56,364 bases of DNA from an uncultured Gammaproteobacteria bacterium. GTDB taxonomy: Bacteria > Pseudomonadota > Gammaproteobacteria > GCA-001735895. The position numbers and the translations under genes were made by a program. The notes below the pieces were generated by a model, which saw only the letters and a list, made by a program, of their open reading frames with translations, was not told the DNA's origin and made no database searches. The stretch covers positions 1-56,364 of the forward strand of contig CAYZQE010000003.1 of NCBI GenBank assembly GCA_964480635.1. The letters run 5' to 3'. Below, piece by piece: positions 51,799-56,364 of this stretch. Each line of letters starts with the position of its first letter. Position 1 is the first letter of the stretch.

Positions 51799-53517
51799 AT
51801 GACAACAAAATTATCGGTCACTATTGGGCAATCATCAGACAAAGGCATTAAACAGCGAAATGAAGATTTTTATGGCACCTTAATTCCTAATGATGACAGT
51901 TTAGAAACTAAAGGCATTGTCTGTGCTATTGCCGATGGTATGGGCAGTTGTGAATTCGCGGCTGAAGCGAGTGAGCAGTGCGTAAAGTCATTTCTCAATG
52001 ATTATTACAGTACTCCAGAAGCATGGTCAGTAAAAAAATCGGCAGGTAAGGTGCTGACAGCGACTAATAATTGGTTGTTAAGCCAAAATAAAAATGATGC
52101 TGTGCATGGCATGGTGACGACCTTTAGTGCGCTAATTCTAAAATCGACGACAGCACATATATTTCATGTGGGTGACTCACGTATTTATCGTTTACGCGGT
52201 GATGATTTAGAACAGTTGACTAATGACCATCGTATTAATGTATCGGATAGCAAAAGCTATCTAAGCCGCGCTATGGGCATAGATCATTTGTTGGATATTG
52301 ATCTTAAAACAGTGTCGATGCAGGTGGGTGATCTGTATTTAATGACGACTGATGGTATTCATGATTATATGTCGGCTATTCAATTAAAGGTATTTTTACA
52401 GCAGCCTTTTGACTCTTTAGATGAACAGGCAAAATATATTGCAGATGCGGCATTAAAAGCCAAAAGCCACGATAACGTGACAGTGCAATTGGTGCGCATT
52501 GATGCAATACCTAATCAAGATGAAAGCGAAGTTTTTTCACGCCTCAGTAAATTGCCCTTTCCCCCACATTTAGGCCCAGGCATGACCGTTGATGGTTATG
52601 AAATTTTAGAAGAGATTTATGCCAGTACCACATCACAGCTGTATAAGGTAAGAGATAAAGAAAGTGGTGAATATTTCGCCATGAAAACACCATCGGTTAA
52701 TTTTGAAGATGACGTGGCTTATATTGATCGCTTTTATATGGAAGAGTGGGCAGGAAAGCGCTTAAATAGTCATTTGGTGCTTAAAATTCACGAACTCCCT
52801 CGAACACGTAATTTTTTATACATGATTATGGAGCTGGTAGAAGGCATTACTTTGCGCGATTGGATGAAGGGTAACCCAGACCCAGATATTGATGACGTGA
52901 TTGAAATGACTGAAAAAATCAGTGCAGGCATACGCGTATTGCATCGCATGGATATGCTACACCGTGATTTAAAGCCAGAAAACATTATGATAACTGAGAG
53001 TCAGGCCATTAAAATTATCGACTTTGGTTCAATAAAAATTGCAGGTATTTCAGAAATTGCTACGCCTTTAGAAAAAACAGAATTATTAGGCACAAAAAAT
53101 TATACCGCTCCCGAGTGCTTACAAGGTATGGGCTCCGATCAACGCGGCGATATTTTTGCTTTAGGGGTGATGGTGTATGAAATGTTTACAGGGGCTTTGC
53201 CTTATGGCGACAAAATGGGACGAAATCTAAATGCTCGCTCTATCAATAAATTAAAATATCAATCAGCATCGGCTATAAACCCCATGATTCCCTTATGGAT
53301 AGATGGCGCTATAGAAAAAGCAGTGCGCGTTGACCATAACTACCGCTATGAAGTATTTTCAGAGTTTTTATTCGATTTAAAAAAGCCAAACGCTAATTTT
53401 AGTGACCGTTCAATACCGTGGGTAGAAAAAGACCCTGCTTTGGTTTGGAAATCAATTTCGGCGGGACTATTAATCATTAATTTAGTCATGCTTTATTGGT
53501 TGGTAATTGCACCATAA
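51799..53517 (+). CDS. Bifunctional PP2C phosphatase / Ser-Thr kinase with C-terminal TM
   Basis: NEDF, IADGMG, HVGDSRIY, TTDG, SHDN (PP2C); FAMK, HRDLKPENI, DFG, YTAPE (kinase). Confidence 0.9.
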   Translation: MTTKLSVTIGQSSDKGIKQRNEDFYGTLIPNDDSLETKGIVCAIADGMGSCEFAAEASEQCVKSFLNDYYSTPEAWSVKKSAGKVLTATNNWLLSQNKNDAVHGMVTTFSALILKSTTAHIFHVGDSRIYRLRGDDLEQLTNDHRINVSDSKSYLSRAMGIDHLLDIDLKTVSMQVGDLYLMTTDGIHDYMSAIQLKVFLQQPFDSLDEQAKYIADAALKAKSHDNVTVQLVRIDAIPNQDESEVFSRLSKLPFPPHLGPGMTVDGYEILEEIYASTTSQLYKVRDKESGEYFAMKTPSVNFEDDVAYIDRFYMEEWAGKRLNSHLVLKIHELPRTRNFLYMIMELVEGITLRDWMKGNPDPDIDDVIEMTEKISAGIRVLHRMDMLHRDLKPENIMITESQAIKIIDFGSIKIAGISEIATPLEKTELLGTKNYTAPECLQGMGSDQRGDIFALGVMVYEMFTGALPYGDKMGRNLNARSINKLKYQSASAINPMIPLWIDGAIEKAVRVDHNYRYEVFSEFLFDLKKPNANFSDRSIPWVEKDPALVWKSISAGLLIINLVMLYWLVIAP

Positions 53518-53552
53518 ATGTGAAAAAAATTACATTTTTATCACACCATTTT

Positions 53553-55361
53553 TTATTCCAATTTTTGATCAACAGACGTTAACAATCGAGTTATTGCAAT
53601 TCGTAGTTGTACAGGTTTAACAGGCTTATGTAACAGTGGTATTTTGTAGCTTTTAATTTCTTTTAGTATTTTAGGGTCGGTATCACCACTCACTAATAAT
53701 GCGGGTGTTTCTGTTAACAAAGCCTCTCGCAGTAACGCAATACAATTAATACCCGTTTGGTTCGGTAACCGATAATCAGAAACTATAAAGTCGGGCTTAA
53801 TGCCCGATTTAACTACTTGTAAAGCCTCCTCAACACTGTAAACACCAGTAAACTGGCAAGACCAGCTTTCGATAAGAGATTGCATGGCTTTAACAACATC
53901 AATGTCATCATCTATAACCAAAATATGTTTGCCAGCAATGGGTTGGGTTATATCATGTATTAATAATTGCTTTTCTTTGGGCAGTTTATGGGCAAGGCCA
54001 ATAGGCAGTTTAAGTTCAAAATTAGACCCAAAGCCATTTGTAGATGGCAACTGTATTTCAATGTTCAGTAGGGTACATAACCTTTTTACAATCGCCAAAC
54101 CTAAACCTAAGCCTTTATTTCTATCGCGTGCATCATTATTTAATTGATAAAATTCAGAAAAGATATGTTCTTTTTCAGCATCTGGAATACCCGGCCCAGT
54201 GTCTACAATATTAACCAGTAAATATTGAGCATTTTGCGAAGTGCGTATATCAACAGAGCCAGAGTCGGTATGACGTATGGCATTTGAAATAAGGTTGCGT
54301 AAAATGTTTTTTAACAAAAAAGGGTCAGTTAAAACAACGGCATCGCAGCTTTCTATATTAAAAGCCAATTGTTTTCGTTGGGCCTCTAATTTAAATTCAT
54401 CTTCTAAATTGGTTAATAACTCACTAAATTTAAAATGAGAGTTTATGGCCACAACCGTACCCGAATCAATACGAGAAATATCAAGCAGTGAATTTAATAT
54501 TTCACTTTGCGCATCAATAGATTTTTGCAGGTTTTCTATAATTAAAGGGTGCTTTTGGGGGTTAGTTTCAGTTTGTAATATCGAAAGAAATAACCCCATA
54601 GTATGCAAAGGTTGCCTAATGTCATGGCTAGCTGCCGCAAGAAACCGAGACTTGTCTTTAGTCATTTTGTTGACTCGTTCAACTTGTAACTCTAGGTCTT
54701 TTATTAACGTTTTATTAATGTATTGCAACCTAAACGTTTCATTTGCCGTTTTATAGGCAGTCCAAGCAAAATAAAAGGCAAGTGACCAACAAATCGTTCC
54801 ACCAGTAGCTGCGTAAAGGTACTGGTCGTTGGAATGCGTAAAAAGAACAATCAGTAATGGCAAAATAAAAGGGATAGTGATACTTAAGTAAACAAATGGT
54901 AAAAGACCAACAGTACTGGCGATGCCCAAAACGGTGACATAGATAGTAATAACAATGCCAGTTTGAAGAAACTGTTTAGTAACATTAAGGCAATCTAGGC
55001 AGTTAGAATCTACAAATAAAATGGCACTGCTACCCCAAGGGATAGCAATAAAAAAAAAGGCAACAATATAGCCAATATAAGTACGCCGAATGTATTTTTT
55101 ATCGGTAAGTGCTCTGCCAGTTTTAATAGCTTTAAGCACCACTGTCTGGTCGAAAGCCATAACCACAATAACTATCGCAACATGATAGGCAATCCATAAA
55201 TTAAGCCAATTAGCAGGTACAATTTCATCAGCTAATATTGTTAACACCAGCATCATAGCCGCGCTACCAAGCCCTAAAGCAGGTAATAATTTACGAAATT
55301 GTATTAGGCGTTCGGGTAAAAAATTATTTGTTGAACAATATTGTTGTGAAAACTTATTCAT
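53553..55361 (-). CDS. Membrane-bound hybrid histidine kinase with C-terminal REC
   Basis: About five TM helices, AAASHDIRQPL, NLISNAIRHT, DTGPGI, GLGLGLAIV, IVSDYRLP. Confidence 0.9.
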   Translation of the reverse strand: MNKFSQQYCSTNNFLPERLIQFRKLLPALGLGSAAMMLVLTILADEIVPANWLNLWIAYHVAIVIVVMAFDQTVVLKAIKTGRALTDKKYIRRTYIGYIVAFFFIAIPWGSSAILFVDSNCLDCLNVTKQFLQTGIVITIYVTVLGIASTVGLLPFVYLSITIPFILPLLIVLFTHSNDQYLYAATGGTICWSLAFYFAWTAYKTANETFRLQYINKTLIKDLELQVERVNKMTKDKSRFLAAASHDIRQPLHTMGLFLSILQTETNPQKHPLIIENLQKSIDAQSEILNSLLDISRIDSGTVVAINSHFKFSELLTNLEDEFKLEAQRKQLAFNIESCDAVVLTDPFLLKNILRNLISNAIRHTDSGSVDIRTSQNAQYLLVNIVDTGPGIPDAEKEHIFSEFYQLNNDARDRNKGLGLGLAIVKRLCTLLNIEIQLPSTNGFGSNFELKLPIGLAHKLPKEKQLLIHDITQPIAGKHILVIDDDIDVVKAMQSLIESWSCQFTGVYSVEEALQVVKSGIKPDFIVSDYRLPNQTGINCIALLREALLTETPALLVSGDTDPKILKEIKSYKIPLLHKPVKPVQLRIAITRLLTSVDQKLE

Positions 55362-55377
55362 AAAAGTATAAAACGGC

Positions 55378-56022
55378 TTAATCTAGCCCAAGCTGATTCG
55401 CTTTTTGCACCAGCTCTGTCCTACTTTTAACATGCATGTTTTTAAATAATACTTCTAAGTGCGCTTTTATAGTGCGTTGAGTAACAAAAATTTTTTCGCT
55501 AATCTCATTATTAGAATAACCACGTTTAACCAGCCTTAATACCTCTAATTGACGAGGCGTAATATTATGTTGCGAAGCCCAAGTGTTTTTAGCATCTGTA
55601 GCGACAGCGCCGTGTGTACCATAATTAGGCACATAAATATTGCCCGAAAATATAGTGTCAAGAGCAATTTTCATTTCATCAGGTTTAAAAGATTTTGAAA
55701 CAAAGCCACTAGCACCCAACGTTAAAGCCAAATCTATATCCTCAGGGTCGTCAGAAGACGACAATATTAAAATAGGCGTCAAAAAATTACGTTCTAACAA
55801 ACTTTTTAATAAATCAAAGCCATCTCTATTGGGCAGTTTTAAATCCAAAATAACAAGGTCATATTCAATATCTGCATTTAACGCATCAAAAGCATCGTTG
55901 CCATTAATGACACCCGTAATATCAACCTCAGGATAAAGGCCATGAAGCATATACTTCAAACCTTCAAGAAATAAACAGTGGTCATCAGCGACAAGAATTT
56001 TCATCATTCTGTTATCTCCCAT
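55378..56022 (-). CDS. NarL/FixJ-family response regulator (REC + LuxR HTH)
   Basis: ILVADDH, VILDLKLP, ITPRQLEVL..GYSNNEIS...TIKAHL. Confidence 0.93.
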   Translation of the reverse strand: MGDNRMMKILVADDHCLFLEGLKYMLHGLYPEVDITGVINGNDAFDALNADIEYDLVILDLKLPNRDGFDLLKSLLERNFLTPILILSSSDDPEDIDLALTLGASGFVSKSFKPDEMKIALDTIFSGNIYVPNYGTHGAVATDAKNTWASQHNITPRQLEVLRLVKRGYSNNEISEKIFVTQRTIKAHLEVLFKNMHVKSRTELVQKANQLGLD

Positions 56023-56117
56023 TGATAGTTACAGTCGTTAAATACAATTTTTTACTCAAGAGAGCGCATATTAAATCGAACATTCACATAATAGTTTAAT
56101 TAAAGAAGGGGAGCAAT

Positions 56118-56131
56118 TGGACTAAAGTCCA
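56118..56131. promoter_or_regulatory. Palindromic operator candidate TGGACTAAAGTCCA
   Basis: Differs by one base from the core at 56239-56252; upstream of the regulator gene. Confidence 0.55.
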
Positions 56132-56230
56132 TCTTGGCTGCCGTTTTAATAGCAACAGCTTAAAACAAAGCTAAACCAAATCAGCAAAAAACTATTTAAG
56201 TGACGCAATAACAATCTCGCCTGCATCACT

Positions 56231-56260
56231 AAAAAAACTGGACTTAAGTCCAGTTTTTTT
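56231..56260. promoter_or_regulatory. Perfect 30-bp palindrome (operator and/or terminator)
   Basis: AAAAAAACTGGACTT|AAGTCCAGTTTTTTT. Confidence 0.6.
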
Positions 56261-56364
56261 AAACCCACGGCAAACTAAAATTGTAAACATCTGAGTACCA
56301 AAAGTTATCTTAATCAGGATCTCCTTAAGGATAATGATGGTGTGTTTTAAAAATATTTGTAGGT

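Overview
AT-rich chromosomal window from a gammaproteobacterium. Its gene content (SQR, a DsrC-like protein, a rhodanese) suggests a sulfur-oxidising lifestyle; the taxon cannot be fixed from sequence alone. The core is the usual origin-proximal block mnmG-rsmG-parA-parB-atpIBEFHAGDC, plus gmk, tcdA, ubiK-comM and glnK-amtB. Accessory material includes the edge of a restriction locus (MvaI/BcnI-type nuclease and a short HTH ORF), a duplicated DUF1127 unit, a TetR-MMPL-LolA-like-barrel transport operon, three signalling modules, a type I sulfide:quinone oxidoreductase, and a nitrate/nitrite assimilation cluster. The leading candidate for a novel system is that cluster. A NasA-type nitrate reductase with no Tat signal and no C-terminal Fe-S domain is translationally coupled to a fused DmsB(4x[4Fe-4S])-DmsC membrane anchor and a DsrC-like protein lacking its terminal Cys, and the operon converges on sqr. 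This suggests a quinol-fed, possibly sulfide-fed, assimilatory nitrate reductase. Other notable items are a PLA2-fold secreted protein lacking the catalytic His-Asp and coupled to parB, two copies of a MITE-like hairpin element in the nas cluster, a long hairpin ahead of a DUF1059 gene inserted between mnmG and rsmG, and an identically spaced operator array ahead of both DUF1127 genes. I saw no rRNA, tRNA, CRISPR array or transposase. All family calls are from motif recognition by eye, not database searches.
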